DNA of 64,000 bases from Takakia lepidozioides (lineage: Eukaryota; Plantae; Bryophyta), in the NCBI GenBank assembly GCA_030704615.1, contig CM060731.1, positions 93,124,001-93,188,000 on the forward strand. Reading direction: 5' to 3'. The position numbers and the translations under genes were made by a program. Of this stretch, positions 1-24,130 are shown in pieces. The notes beneath the pieces were generated by a model, which saw nothing but the letters and a program-made list of their open reading frames with translations, had not been told where the DNA came from and did no database searches. How positions within the stretch are numbered: the stretch's first letter is position 1; every line of letters begins with the position of its first letter.

Positions 1-2400
1 GTGGAAAGCAGCTTGCTTTGGCACTTGCTTCTTCAGGGAGTTCGCCAAAGATGGAGGCATCTCGCGCACTAACGACTTCGAGCAGCAGCATGGATCAGAA
101 CAGGCCATGAAGAGGGTTCTATACAAGTTCGTCTTGACACTCTTTTCCCACCCTTCTTTCCTTTCTCACGAAGTTTCGAAATCGTTGCAGCCCTGCTCTT
201 TTGAATAAACAATCCCAAAACTGTGTGCGCAGACGCACTCAGTAAAGGGGTGGGCACTTCTGTGTCTCCCAAGCTCTCATTGTACATACGAATATCCGAT
301 CCTGTACTGAGCCACACCTGCCCTGGCTTGTAAGTAGGGCCTGATTGGACAGACCAAAAATTGAGTGCGCTGGCGGTCCTTAAACAATTATCTCACACTT
401 TCCCCACTCACTAATATTCCCTCTGTTTTGATTGTGTAGGCACATCAAAAACGTTCTCATTCCAGGCCAGAACCTGAGTCAACACCCGCACTTTATTGAC
501 CTATGGTGTGATCCATCCAACGCTCAAACAATGTACACTGCAGGGATTTAGAAGGATTACGGGACCTCGCATCTTCGAGACTGCTGCTGGTATATGGATA
601 TCCCACGGTCTGGATGCCCTTGGTCTGAGCTTGTGACCCGAAATCAAAACGACAATGCAGAGGCCTTGGCCCCTCTGACGGACAAGGAGTTGCACGAGAG
701 AAACTTGAGGATATTGGCTGAGAAAGAGTCTCTTGCACAAAATACGCCAGTCAAGCCTAGAAAGAACAAGGGGAAAGGGAAGATAAAGGGGCAGAAAAAC
801 ACTCCGAATGAGAATGAGATGGAGTCCGTGGTGCAACCGGGGCCACTGCAGACCCCACCCCCAGCCAGAAAGCTTGACCGAAAGAAAAAAGGGTCTTAAA
901 GAGTCCTACGATGCAATGGAGCACCCATCTAGAATCATTTTTCCGGGCATGTGCGAGCTGGTAAACGACGGGTTCCTGGCCATGATGGAGACAAGGAAGT
1001 CAAGTTACGGTGGTAATCCTTCCAAAACGTGGGACAAGCTCTGTGCTTTTCTCCAATCGGTAAGCAATTATCATGCATGTGTTTGAGTTTTGTTTTCTTT
1101 GTTTTATTTTTGCTCGGATTAGAAAGGTCGCTTATAAAACATCTTTCCCTTCTTACACGCTATATTGCTTGCAGGCATGGAGGGGAAAGGAATCTTGGGT
1201 GAATGGTGCACTGAAACCGTTTGCTTCGGAGATGGTTATTGTGGACATTCCGGACGGACATCCAGTCCCGGATATTTTGCCCATTGACACCTACCCAACA
1301 TGGAACAAATTTGACGAGAGGTATTGGAGTTGGGTGTTTTCCTTTTGCAAGTTTTTCCTTTCCGATGCAGGGGTTCTTGTTATCATACAATCTGTCATGA
1401 TGAGATGTCGCCGGGAGCTGGCAAGCTACTTGAAAGCGTCGGGGATGTGGATTATCAAGACCTGGAATTGTATCAACAGCCTATATCTGACAAAGGGGGA
1501 TTGCCCAGGGCAGAAGGTACGTTTCAAATACTTTATTTTTATGCCTTCTCTGTTGAAGTTCCACTGTATTGACTGTTATGAAGTCATGTTGTTCGCACTG
1601 CCTGAATTGAGTGCTTCAGCGCACTCAGTTTTGGCGGTGCATGAGCAATGACTCTGAACCCGTTCCATCCGGAATGGGTCTGCACTCCCACCCAGATGTG
1701 CTATGAAATATTTCTCACTAATTATTGACCTCTTCATCGCAGACCCGTCTATTTGAGGCCGTCTGTCTCGTGAGGGTACTCTTGTGTTTGAGAGGAATGA
1801 CTACATCACCATACTGTCTGCCTTTAGGAAGCGCAATGTCTTTTCAAACGTAATCGTGTTCTTCTCAACCCAAGCTTCATCATCAAATCTTGTTTCTTAC
1901 GTGCGGTACGGTGGGGGTTCCATGAAGAATCATCTTCTTCTGGGAGTCTACCTCCTGTCGACTCCCACCACAGTGGTTGAGTTCGAGCTTCATGGGGGAG
2001 GATGTTTCATAAACGAGAGGTTCGATCCTGTCGTCGATGACATGCACTACAACTATGTGGACTCCAACGTTTGTTTGCGAAAGCCAAATGGAAAGCCTTG
2101 GAGAGGGGCCCGTGAAAAAAGCCCGGCTTTTATCCAAACAATCATTGAGAGTTGTTCTCGGCCAGGGGCCCGCATCATAGATCTCACTCTCGGCACATGT
2201 TTCTCTTCTTGCCTTTGTCATCGATTTCTTTTCTTCTGCACGTCCTTTACTCAATATTCCAAACTCTAATTCCATCATTCTGTATCTTGCAGGCGCTTCT
2301 TACCATGCTTGCAAGGCAGGTGGCAGGCACTTGTTTGGTATGGAAGGAGATGCAGATATTTTCACTGGCCTACCACATCCCGTCATTGAAACATTCTCTC
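1..2400 (+). pseudogene. ParB-MTase family gene, copy 1 (3' part; beta-class N4/N6 DNA methyltransferase-like domain), disrupted, 5' end outside window
   Basis: Peptides match the other copies: FFREF..RVLYKF, HLRDCCWYMDIP (~570-606), motif-IV-like MVIVDIPDG (D at 1244), WRGAREKSPAFIQTIIESCSRPGARIIDLTLGT and GASYHACKAGGRHLFGMEGD (2293 onward). The latter two give the motif X-I-II block of PF01555-type MTases. GT-AG introns (e.g. 1060-1175); stops and frameshifts present. Confidence 0.8.
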
Positions 2401-2879
2401 CCCCGCGTCCTGTGAATTTGCAAGTGTTTTCTTTCTAAACATTGCTCTCCAATTCAACCGTGTGCATTCAATAAAAGTTTTTCAACAGAGATGAATATGT
2501 GCATAGTCCAGTAGACAGTCATTCGACATATGCCATCACACCAATATTTGGTTGGATGGATGGAGGATGAATGTTTTTGGATGGATGAAGCCAGATTGGA
2601 TGTGACCTGTGGATGAATGTTGCATGCATGGATGGTCCCATGGATGATGTCAGTGCGCAGTATCATGCACAGGGGCGGGATGGCGAGGTTCACTGTCGGG
2701 GTTGAGGTGGGTCCCTACGGCTGACAAGGGTTGGGGTTTTTGTTTGGGGTTGCAGGGTAAATATGGATGAAGACGTGTTTCTGCGGTAATGGGTCATCTT
2801 CCACGGAAATAGACGCCGCATCTTTCCCAAAATCATGCCACGTGTCCTGGGCTCACGCCAGGCTCCTGGGCTCACACTC

Positions 2880-3760
2880 TAGCATCCCCCAGCCGAGCAG
2901 TATCACCTTTACATATGTTCTCTCTGCATGTAGTCATGTGGGCCTGGTGGATGAAGGCTGCCATTACTTTGATTCCATGAGTCGGGATCATGGGCTCACT
3001 CCCAAAGTGGAGCATTTTGGTTGCATGGTGGACCTCTGGCCACGAAAGATGATTGGTTGAGGCAGAAGACTTCATCAACAAAATGAGAATCAAACCAAGT
3101 GCTGCGGCATGGAAGGCCTTACTTGGTGCCTGCAGGGTTCATGGTGATTTGGAGGTAGCTGGACGTGCCGCAAAATATCTTCTCCAGAGTGATCCAGAGG
3201 GCGCTACAACTTATGTACTGCTATCAAACATCTATGTTGTGACCGGCAGATGGGATGACAAACAAAAGGTCAAGAAAATGATGGAAGTTAGGGGTGTTCG
3301 GAAGGAACAGCTCCACTGAGGTCAACAACAGGGTGCATACATTCCTCGTAGAAGACTGGCCGTTGCTTTTGGGCTGATTAGCACACCCCTTGGGACACTT
3401 ATTCGTATTATCAAGAACCTTCGCGTGTGGGAGGACTGCCACTCCACAACCAAGTTTATCTCAAAGATTGTGGGGCGAGCAGTTGTTGTAAGGGATGCCA
3501 GCTGCTTTCACCATTTTCAAGGTGGGGGAGCAGCAAAAGGAACTATTTCTTGGCCACCACAGTGAGAAGCTGGCCATTACTTCTGGGCTGATAAGCATAA
3601 CACCTGGGACGCCTCTTCGTGTCATCAAAAATCTTGGGGTGTGTGGTGACTGCCACCCCGCCACCAGGTTCATCTCAAAGATTGTCCACCAAGCAAATTG
3701 TTTTACTGGGCACTAACCACTTCACCACTTTGAAGATGAGGTTTGTTCTTGTGGGATTAA
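2880..3760 (+). pseudogene. PLS-class PPR-E-DYW RNA-editing factor remnant with two tandem DYW C-terminal pieces
   Basis: ITFTYVLSACSHVGLVDEG..EHFGCMVDL; WKALLGACRVHGD..YVLLSNIY..GRWDD (E motifs); partial [15 protein letters not shown]; second piece HSEKLA..KNLGVCGDCH..CSCG. Frameshifts and deletions. Confidence 0.9.
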
Positions 3761-3879
3761 ACGATCTATTTATGGAAAGATCCATGAATATACCTCATAA
3801 TTCCAAACCTCTCTCACCACTTATGAATCACATAGAGGCAGGTCCATAAATAAATAAATGTCCTAAATTAGATTTTTAA

Positions 3880-4920
3880 CCCTTAAACGCCCAATGCCAT
3901 ACTTTGACTTTTTCAAAAAACATGAGCCCTTAAGTGAAAAACTGGTGTAATTTTCACAAAATTAACTTCTCAAAGAACTTGACCACACATTATGGGCGTA
4001 CCTTCCTCCTGCATCCACCTCCCAATTTTGAGGCCAATCAGCCCCAGATCCACAAAATGCCACCGTTGAATGTGGGGCCATTATTGGGGCCCTTTTGAGA
4101 AACTTATCCATTTTTGGTAATTTTTTAAAGTGTCATGGTTTTAGTCATGGTTAACTAGAATTACCTACTTCTAGTTAATTAGGACATTTTGGATATTTAT
4201 ATTTATATTTTGTGTGTGTTGGGACTTCATTTGGTCTCATATGCCAAGTGAGGTGTCAAGCCTCACTTGGGACATGGGGATGGGTTTTCCCCTTGTGAGG
4301 GTTGAGGAAGGCTCATCTTCTTGTAGTTGAGCCTCCATGATCTTCCCTCACCTCCATAGCTCTAGGTATTGAGAGGGAGTGTGTTGAGGGCTTCGTAGGG
4401 TGGATTCCCTTAGTAAGGGTGCCTTTGGCTTGACTTAGTTTATGTGATAGAGTGGATTTCACTTATAAGGACTAGGCTTGTTCTTAGTGTGATTGCTTCA
4501 CGCTTAGAGAGCTTTCATTGTCATCCACTCATCCATTTCTCATCTCTTATCACCACAAGAAGACCCGGTTATCAGCATCACGTCCGTCAGTCAACGTCAG
4601 GTCACGTCAGACCTGACGCTGACGGGACCTCCGTCACGTCAGGTGACCTGAATATTCTAGTAAAAAAAAATACCAGGTAACATATTGTCACTTAAACAGC
4701 CACGTCACCGACACGGTGGCGGTGACAAATATATTTTGGAAAATAATAAATAGAAAGCGACCGCCAATTCTGACGGTCGCTTTATATTTCGAAATTTTAG
4801 AAATAAGAGCGACCGCCAACTCATGTGAGTCAAAATTTTCAAATTCTAAATTTTCCAAAAATTACAACTGTTTTTCAGTTTTTTAGAAAAAGTAAAAAAT
4901 GACTATTGGGCGTTTAAGGG
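3880..4920. mobile_element. Non-autonomous TIR element with piggyBac-like ends
   Basis: Perfect 16-bp TIR CCCTTAAACGCCCAAT (3880-3895) / ATTGGGCGTTTAAGGG (4905-4920). Left flank is TTAA; right flank is TTTT (degenerate). Confidence 0.55.
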
Positions 4921-5345
4921 TTTTCATATTGACAAGTCCGGCCCCTAGGTCATGTTCTCAGTGACATACTGACATACCGGCCCAACACCGGTTCTTACTA
5001 TCTGAATGGACGTCAGTGAACGAACATCACCAGTGCTAACGGTTTGCACTTTGACGTTAAGTTAACGGGTAGCATGAGCTAACGGTGCTTGGTGTCCAAA
5101 CTTGGGGTTTGGAAGTTGCCAGGAAGTAGGGCAGGAATGGGGGATATGAGAAATGTGTGCCGTCCACATCATCTTGGGTCACTCAGGTAAGGTAGAAACT
5201 AGAAACCTACGCTGGTTAGCGAATCAGACGTGAGCACACTCATCTTTCACACTGACCGGCGCAGTCTCTCCTTCCCCGACAGTGTTTCTGGGCAAATCTG
5301 TGCCTTTGGCCACCTTCTGTGTCGTAGGCTTGATAAACGACAGAC

Positions 5346-16447
<11,102 letters not shown>

Positions 16448-16859
16448 ACTGCAACTTCCACTTAAGACCCCAAATTACAGTGATGTAAGGTTGATTGGAA
16501 GTTTCTGAACATGCTGAATCATGCCAGTTCATTTTGTCAGCAGACTGAACTGTGGATGAATTTGCTTGGACCTTGTGGGGAACTTTTGGATGGGCTTCCT
16601 ATAAGCTTGGTGCTGTATGAATAATTGAAGCCGGTGAGAATCTTCAAAATAGTCAGCTCATATGTAAAGACATCACATTTACAGGGGGCTTGTAATTCTT
16701 GCCCAGAGTTAATGACTATCCTCCTCACAGATACTGTCATGTTGACATCTTTTCCCACACCACATGCTGGTCCTGCTAAGGAGAGTCTGGATTACATAGA
16801 TATAGGATGGGAGTTGACTGTGCTCGTGTGAGAGTGTGGGATCTGCTGTGAGAATGTGG

Positions 16860-17480
16860 GCCGTCGCTAAATCGCCCTTTTGGGGCAAGGGGGAGGGCCC
16901 CTTTTTGCGACGCCCGGGCGTCGCAACAATGTCGCTGGAATATCATCGCCAAAATAGCGACGGATGGGGGTCGCTAACCCCAGCCCCCCTCCAGCGATGC
17001 CCCGACGTCGCTTTTCAGCGATCCATGGTGCTGGCAGGGGCCTCTTTGTAGCGACGCCCGGCCGCGGCTGCCCTCCAGGTGACGGCGTTGTGTGGGGCGA
17101 CGGCTCGGCATCGCAACCTTTTTTTATTTTTTTTAAATGCCCAATAGAAACACCTGGCACCAGATCGTTTGCGACGTCTGGGTGTCGGCCGCCGGCGGGG
17201 TGGGGGCACGGGCTGAGATGCCGGGCGTCGCAGACTACCATTTTCCCCCAAAAAAAAAAAAAAAAAACACGTGGCGCAGGGCAGTTGGGTGCAGCAACGC
17301 CCCGGCGTGGGTTCTAGCGGATCCCGGACGTCGCAAAGGAAAAAAACCCGTCGCAGGCCGCGACGCCCGGAAGTGGGTTCTAGCGACCCCCGCGCGTTGC
17401 AAGTGAAAAAAAACCGTCGCAGCGGGGCTGGGCGTAGCGACGCCATTCCGTTGCAAGTCCGCTTGGTGGGGGTGGATTGG
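16860..17480. repeat. CACTA-type subterminal repeat field (GCGACG/CGTCGC motifs), no TIR visible
   Basis: Dense direct and inverted GCGACG motifs, similar to 47630-48110, which follows a CACTA terminus. Confidence 0.65.
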
Positions 17481-17761
17481 GGGTGAATTGGGGGTCATTT
17501 CTGTTTTTTTCCTGGTTTTTTTTTGGGTGTTGGGAGACCTTACAGCTTCCATTGCTTTGATTTAGCAAGTACACATTTAGGAGTAAGGAGTATTGGCACT
17601 TGTGAGCACGTTTCCAACTCACAAGTGCATTGACTATCTTCAATCATAATCTGTGGAGATTTTGGGAGGTCTTGCATTACATAAGTTACATAAACTCACG
17701 GGGTTCCTACTCTTATTGGGAATGGCAGTCAGTCATTTTCTATGCATTTTGCCTTTTAAGA

Positions 17762-18193
17762 GGCATGGATGTTAATTTCAATTTCCGGGAGATTGCCGGG
17801 AAGCTAGATACCGACCACAACGATATCATTAAAGATGTGGTGATGAACATGGTCAGAGAGGATAGACTCCACAAACGACAAGATGGCACCTTCCTCCGCG
17901 GGGCACGCAAGAAAAGCCCAAGGTTCATGCAAACCTTCATGGAGATGTGTTCACCAGAGGGGGGAACAATAGTCGATCTGACAACGGGATGCGGGTCCTC
18001 CATGGTGGCTGTATCTATTTGCGGAAGGCATCTACTGGTGTTGGAAGGGGATGATGAGCTCCTGCAAGAGAGACTTGGAGGATTGCAGCGGCAAGCACCT
18101 GCGGCCAACGTTCACATTGACACTCCTGCCGACAACGATTGGTTGAACGACAACAGGGATGGGTTGCAGATTCGCGTACATTCGCTGGAGTGA
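17762..18193 (+). pseudogene. ParB-MTase family, copy 4: C-terminal MTase exon
   Basis: RGARKKSPRFMQTFMEMCSPEGGTIVDLTTGCGSSMVAVSICGRHLLVLEGD, the SAM-binding motif I/II block of beta-class MTases, homologous to 2100-2350 and 33230-33480. Confidence 0.8.
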
Positions 18194-19644
18194 GTAAGTC
18201 CAACTTCTAAGTATGTCTATTGATTGTTAGCATGTTTAGCATGTCCCCATGTCCCCATTTCATGTTTCTTGCATCATATGATTAAATATGTTCTGTCGTA
18301 ATTGCAGTTACAAATCGCCCTTGCATACTGCGAAGCGTCCCGTTGATGCCATCAGCGGGATTCCAGGGTCTTCCACGGAATTTTGGAGGGATCCGTTGGA
18401 AGAGAGAAGAGGCTCAAAGTGCAGGAATAGGTTGTGCGCTAAAGACTCCAACTACGACCTGCCTCTGTATGCGGCAGCAGCAACCCAGGCTCAGGCAGAG
18501 GAACCTTGGACAAGAATGTCTCAGCATCCACAATGGCCAGCACAGATTAGGGCTGGAGAGCAATTCGAAAGGGTATGAAACTATTTTGAGCATTCTGCGG
18601 AAGAGGGCTTTGAAAGCAAGGATCCACCCACCGAGGATGAGTGGGAGGAAGAGTGTGTGACGAGGGCATTGGTGAGGAGAGGACTCCTAGCCCAGAGAAT
18701 TGCTTAAGAGTGGGCCTTGACTTGTTGGAGGGTCCGTCTTCCGCAACAGTTGTTGTTGGGGTGTTGCAGGATATAGCGTCGGAGTATGGCGCAGACCCCA
18801 GCAGTCCGAATTCTAGTTAGTCGCATTTGCTTTTCACAATGGGTTTTCTCTACCAAGTTGAATAATGTGGAACATATCGTCCATTGATATACGTGTATTT
18901 CAATATGGCATGTAAATTTCCTCCAATCTGGATGTTTAGACTTCATTAAATGTTTTGACTTATTCACATCTTCTCCTTCTTCGGTTCCGTCATCATTAAG
19001 GTCCTCCATTTTAGCAGCCACCACACTGTCCTCAAACTGAGTCTACACATAGAATATCATACTAACATCTATAACGCTAATCCCTTGCATCATACCCTCC
19101 TCATGAACTTTTGTGGCTTCTTCGAAGTGCGGTAGCGTGATGTACTAATCGGCTGACGATGTCCATAGGCGGCTAAACTCATCAGTTGGATTCGCAATCT
19201 CACCCGGATAATGTGATCCACATTCAACCTAGAGACCTCCATTGCACGTTTTGTGAGCAAGATGCAAAGCGCCACTGGCCCTAACTTCAGTCACCTGACA
19301 CTCTCAAGGCCAGTTCGTTGGAAATTACATGTTTTGACACAAACTATCTTCTTTCAACCTCTCCCATCTACCTGGGTTCGTTGCCATTTTTGTAGAGGTC
19401 AAAATTGAGTGGGGATGATATAGATGGTGGCGACCATATCACCCACCATAGCCATACAGACTTCCCAATTAGCAATGTGGTATTATAGTATGTGGCGATT
19501 ACAACACCTCACCTGTAAGCCACGGTCATAGGCGTTCCACCTCCTATTTCCGTGGACTGGTACCAAGTTCATGAAGTCGGCAGTTTTGGTTGCCGACCTC
19601 CACCTTCACGGTGGTTCGGCGTAGGTTCGGGCGAGGGTCGGGAA

Positions 19645-19698
19645 CCTCTGCTCATGCTCATGCGATCACCGCTCATCGCTCATGGATTTGCAACCCCC
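19645..19698. mobile_element. Terminal inverted repeat of a related element (MTase-side end)
   Basis: Reverse complement GGGGGTTGCAAATCCATGAGC with GCTCAT repeats, vs GGGGGTTGCTATTTCATGAGC at 32253. It directly abuts the exon of copy 2. Confidence 0.75.
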
Positions 19699-22224
19699 CT
19701 GCTATGGCGGACATAAACACGTAAGTGCAATGCTTTTTGCACTACTCGAACTTGCAATTTCAAACACTCATTTCGTTGGCAATCCCGTAATATATTGGAA
19801 ATGAGGCATTGCAGGGTCACGGAGAATGCTTTCATTGCCACTAACTTGTCCCACATGCTCTTCCGAGTCAGAGGATGTCGGGAGGTAGGGAGTGCACGAG
19901 TTTTCTAATTCTCTAAGTGTCGATCTCATGCACAAATCGGAGGCAAAGGCTGACAAAACCTGGTATAGGCTAAGCATGGACGCAGGTACATTTACTACCA
20001 ACATTTGCTTGATCTTCTCTGTCTCTCATACCATGGATAAAACTCAGCTTCTTTGATCTGGCAAATGATAACCGACACATCAAGTTGGTGGACTACATCT
20101 TTCGGGTAGGCCATTCTGCTCTCTTCAATTGCTCACTTCAAGAACCTGTAAATGGACAAATGGTGTGGAATTCTCTGACCATGTTTTCTAATTATAGTCT
20201 GCACTGTTGACAGACCAAAATTGACATTGATTTGGCACATGTGAAGAGGTTCTACATGGAGTCTGATGAGAAGAAAAACATCCTCCCGGCACTTGAAGCA
20301 TATCTTCAAGCTGTCGACGCAAAGACTCGAATAAAGTACAAGTCGCGGATGGTGAAGTACGTGGCCATTGCTAATCTCGCCCTCGGTGACGACTTTCTTG
20401 TGGAGGTGGGAAAGCACTACTCCCGCGCTATTAAGCCCACTATGACACTCGAGAAGTTGCATCGTCTAGCCACAGCGTGTGTGGATGCAAGTGAGAAGGT
20501 TAGACATTCTTAACCAACTTTTTTTCTTGTTGCAACAATGCCTTATGCTTACTAATATCCACGTTGGTTGGACAGACACAGTGGCTCCAAATCTGGAATG
20601 GGTCACAGAGTACGAGGGACATGTGGAGCTTCCCAAAATTTGACAAATTGTCTAATCCCACATTCGGCTTCTGGATGAACCAAATGACATGGTGGTTTCA
20701 GGTACTTTTCCTCTTGTTTCCGGTGCTTCTCCTCTTGTATCAGGTACATTTCCGGTATTTCCTCAAGAATGCTATTTGATGGGGACTGTCCGCAGGTCAC
20801 CACAAATGCTCAAGAGCAGCTGGAGACCCAAGCAAATCGGTTCAAGCTGGAGATTGTGGCACAAGCAGAGAGCCTCAGCGACTATGTCACGAGGTATCGA
20901 CTGCTTTTCAAAACTGACCTCTTTTTTCGAGAGATGCCACATGCCCGGAGGAGCGCTGAGTTCACCGATCAGCCGAACGCGGACAAAGCGGCAATGCGCC
21001 TTCTGTATAGGTAAACCCGCAAAGTTTTGGTGAGTTGTTCTGTTGTTTTATGGCCATTGTAGTTTTGGGGCCCATAAATGACTAAGTCCCATGAGTTCTT
21101 GGCGCCAAAACTGAAAATTCAGCGCCATATTTCCAGTTTTGGGGCCCAGAAATGGCTAAGTACCCTGAGTTCTGGGCACCAAAACTGGAAATTTGCCGCC
21201 ATATTTCCAGTTTTGGGGCCCAGAACTGGCTATGTCCCATGAGTTCTGGCACCAAAACTGGAAATTGGGCGCCGCATTTCCAGTGTTGGGCCGAAACGGG
21301 AACCTAATTTCCCTGGACCTCATTCTCTTTTGTTTTTTTTTAATGCAAGTACATGAAGTTTGACCTATTGGACAAAGGTGCGCTTGCCAGAGAGCCTCCA
21401 TTTTTCCTAGCATGGTGTGCTCCTGGCCCTACCTCCGTGTACACTACCGATATGGTGAAGGATTGGTACCTGGAGCATTTGCGCTACTGCCCTTGGTATC
21501 TGGACCTTCCGGCCGACATGCTCGACCAATTGGAGTTTCAATTGAAGCTAGATGCAGAGGCCCGCCAAAACCGAGCTCTGCTGGCTCCGCTGGGTCCTCA
21601 GGAGGCAAAGGCACTTGCCAAGTCCCGGAAAGCGGCTGAGCTTGCTAAGGCAGGTATCCAGTCCAAGCTAAATGAGAAGGCAAAGGGGGCGAAGAAAAGG
21701 ACCAGAAAACAAGGGAATGCACCAACCCCAAAGAAGCAGAAAACCAACAAGGCCTGAGAGGTGGCGCAGGAGGGGGCTGAGGGGGGTGACTCGGACGACG
21801 GAAGGCCCTCGCCCTGGTACTGCTGCTGCAAAGTCACAAGTAGTCCGTGTTCCAAAAGCCGACCGGAGTGGGAGTGGCTCTGCCAAGAAGACGTTGTTTG
21901 ATGGCGAGCCTACACGCCGATATTCGGCGGTGACGTTTCCAGATAGGCCCAAGATGGTACCCGGAACACTCATTCAATGTGTCAACAAGAGCTTCCTTGA
22001 CGCTCTGGCTGCCAGGCCGAGGAAGGTGGCACACACCAAGTCTTTGGAGGAGTTGAAGGGGAAAGCCAAGAGGAAGGCTGCCGCTGAAGAGCCTAAAGAC
22101 ACCCCTGGTTTCAAAGCCATGATAGACTTCTTCACGTCCTACAGCACGGATTGTACGAGCACTCGGGAGGGAGTTCAGGTGGAGAGAGCCTGCAATATGA
22201 TTCTCCTGGATATTCCAAATGGGG
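19699..22224 (+). pseudogene. ParB-MTase family, copy 2 (middle exons; truncated at both ends)
   Basis: Exon-for-exon homologous to 37190-33950 on the minus strand: AMADIN|gt, VTENAFIATNLSH, KYKSRMVKYVAIA, WLQIWNGSQSTRDMW, KTDLFFRE, HLRYCPWY, ending at ERACNMILLDIPNG (22209-22223). Confidence 0.88.
21060..21295. repeat. Intronic GGAAATT-GGCGCC-ATTTCC palindrome repeats of copy 2
   Basis: About 60-bp units containing CTGGAAATT(C/T/G)..CGCC..ATTTCCAG and GGCTAAGTCCC, in the same intron as the 34890-35870 array. Confidence 0.8.
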
Positions 22225-23849
22225 CCCCTGGACAACTAAAGGAGAGCACCAAAACCATCCAGAACAAGATGGGTGATTTACCTGAGGTTTATATAGTGAA
22301 TAAAGGGTATCAATTCAAAGTATAGTTTGTCAGGTCATGCATCCTGGCCAAAATTGCCAAGGTATGGGCAGTTACAAATTGAACTGCACAACTGAGTGTC
22401 TACGTTCAGGATAAAAGAAAGTCTCACCTCATCTTCAGAGTCGTCATTATCAGACTCCACCTCTACCACTTTTGGTTCCTCAGGGATAGCTTTGATTGGT
22501 GCTGTTGCTTTAGCTTTCACCAACCAATCAGATTTTCCAATCCGTGCAGGCTTTGCCACCTTTAATTACTACATGCAGACAAGTGCCATGTTTTAGTTAT
22601 TTCTCTTTGATGCCTCTCCAAAGGAAAGGGGCAAGTCACCTCCACTGGCTTCATCGTTGTCACATACACACAATCACCTCAAAATAGGTATGAAATTAGC
22701 ATGTAAGCTGAACTGAGGTTGCAATGCCCTGTACAAATACGCCTATGACCTCAGATATTTCCTGGCAATTGCTAAGCTACTCCATAAGGACCTACTGGCA
22801 CCCATGAGAAAACCAAGAAAGGCATTTGAGGCATCCTTCGCATGTCAAGAACCGCTGAGTGCTTTATGAATGTCATGTCTCCAAAAAGTATTACCAAATA
22901 GGCAATGAATACATCATTTTGCTTTCCACAATCTGTGTGACACTACACCAGCTTCTTGTAGTGTCTGTTGAGTACACCCTCTCGAAACAACAGTGTGTGT
23001 TGTCTGTCATCCACAAGAACCCAGAAGCATTGCACTCAGAAACATTGCTTGACTTAGCAATCTCGTGACATGAGGAAGATGAGAGAGTAATGGAAAGACA
23101 CAAAGAATACCCAAGCCATGCTCACATTCATGAGGAAAGCTTCACATCTACATGGCACAAATAATTTCTGACAAAAGCCATTTCTCAGTCCATGAAGAAA
23201 TCGAAAGATGCTGAACAAAGCATAGCAAATAACTTGGCAATGGCCAGATAGAATGAAAACCAATTCTGGGAAATGTTTTCACCCTAGCCCTATCTAGGAA
23301 AAGCACTGACCACTAAACACTAGCAGGGAAGCCAGAGCCTGCCAACCAGCTCCAAGACTCAATCTTTGTTACAAGCAATTAATGAATTCTACAATGACTA
23401 AGCAGCGAAAGAAATGAGCAAGGGACATCAGCGTTCCAGAATTATACTGACTTGCAGATGGTAGCTAGCCCCCCAAGTCAAGTCAAAAGTAGCCTGCCAC
23501 AATGTGTGTTAATTTCTTGGCTAGGGATGAAATGGAATCGACAATTGTGAGCGGTGGTACCAGAAATGAGTTTGTTTCGCACTCTGCTACTACACCTATG
23601 GAGCTGGAAACAAATGTGACAAAATGTTGGGCAAGTAAAGGTGTTTGGCTACTAATGAAGACAAACTTCAACCTATCATGAGGACAGGTCAAGCTGAAAT
23701 ACCTTGGCCTTGGTGGCCTTGTCAATGAAGGGAGTCACCAGCTTCCTGCATGCACCATGGAATATGTAGGGCACGTGCACAATGAATAGTCTTCCCAACT
23801 CCTCTGGAAGTTGAGATCACTAGAAGAGATCCAGTTTCAGTGATTTCAC

Positions 23850-24130
23850 ACTTGATGTCACCATGGACCTCTACGTGCTTTTCGAGGGCTGCCAAGCTCT
23901 CATTTGGCATATATGTCCACCAAGGAAGTGTTCAGAATGACATTGGGTATAATTCCAGCTTTACCGATGTCAACATAGACCTCTACAGTCTTTTCTAGGG
24001 CTGCCAAGCTTACGTTTGGCATACATGACCAACAGGGCAGATTTGAGAATATTGACTACGGGAACAATTCAAGCTTGACTTGATGTCACCATGGACCTCT
24101 ACATGCTTATCCAGGGCTGCCACTTGCTCT
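23850..24130 (-). pseudogene. Three concatenated PPR (L/S junction) fragments
   Basis: Units start at 23854, 23966 and 24082. Minus-strand reading SLAALEK..EVHGDI..AGIIPNVILNTSLVDIYAK. Confidence 0.65.

Noticed and set aside
4217-4573. Solo LTR (TG..CA) within the piggyBac-like element
   Set aside because: No matching TSD, PBS or PPT.
16836-17552. Cluster of GC-rich ORFs (also 47487-48128)
   Set aside because: By-products of CACTA subterminal repeats.
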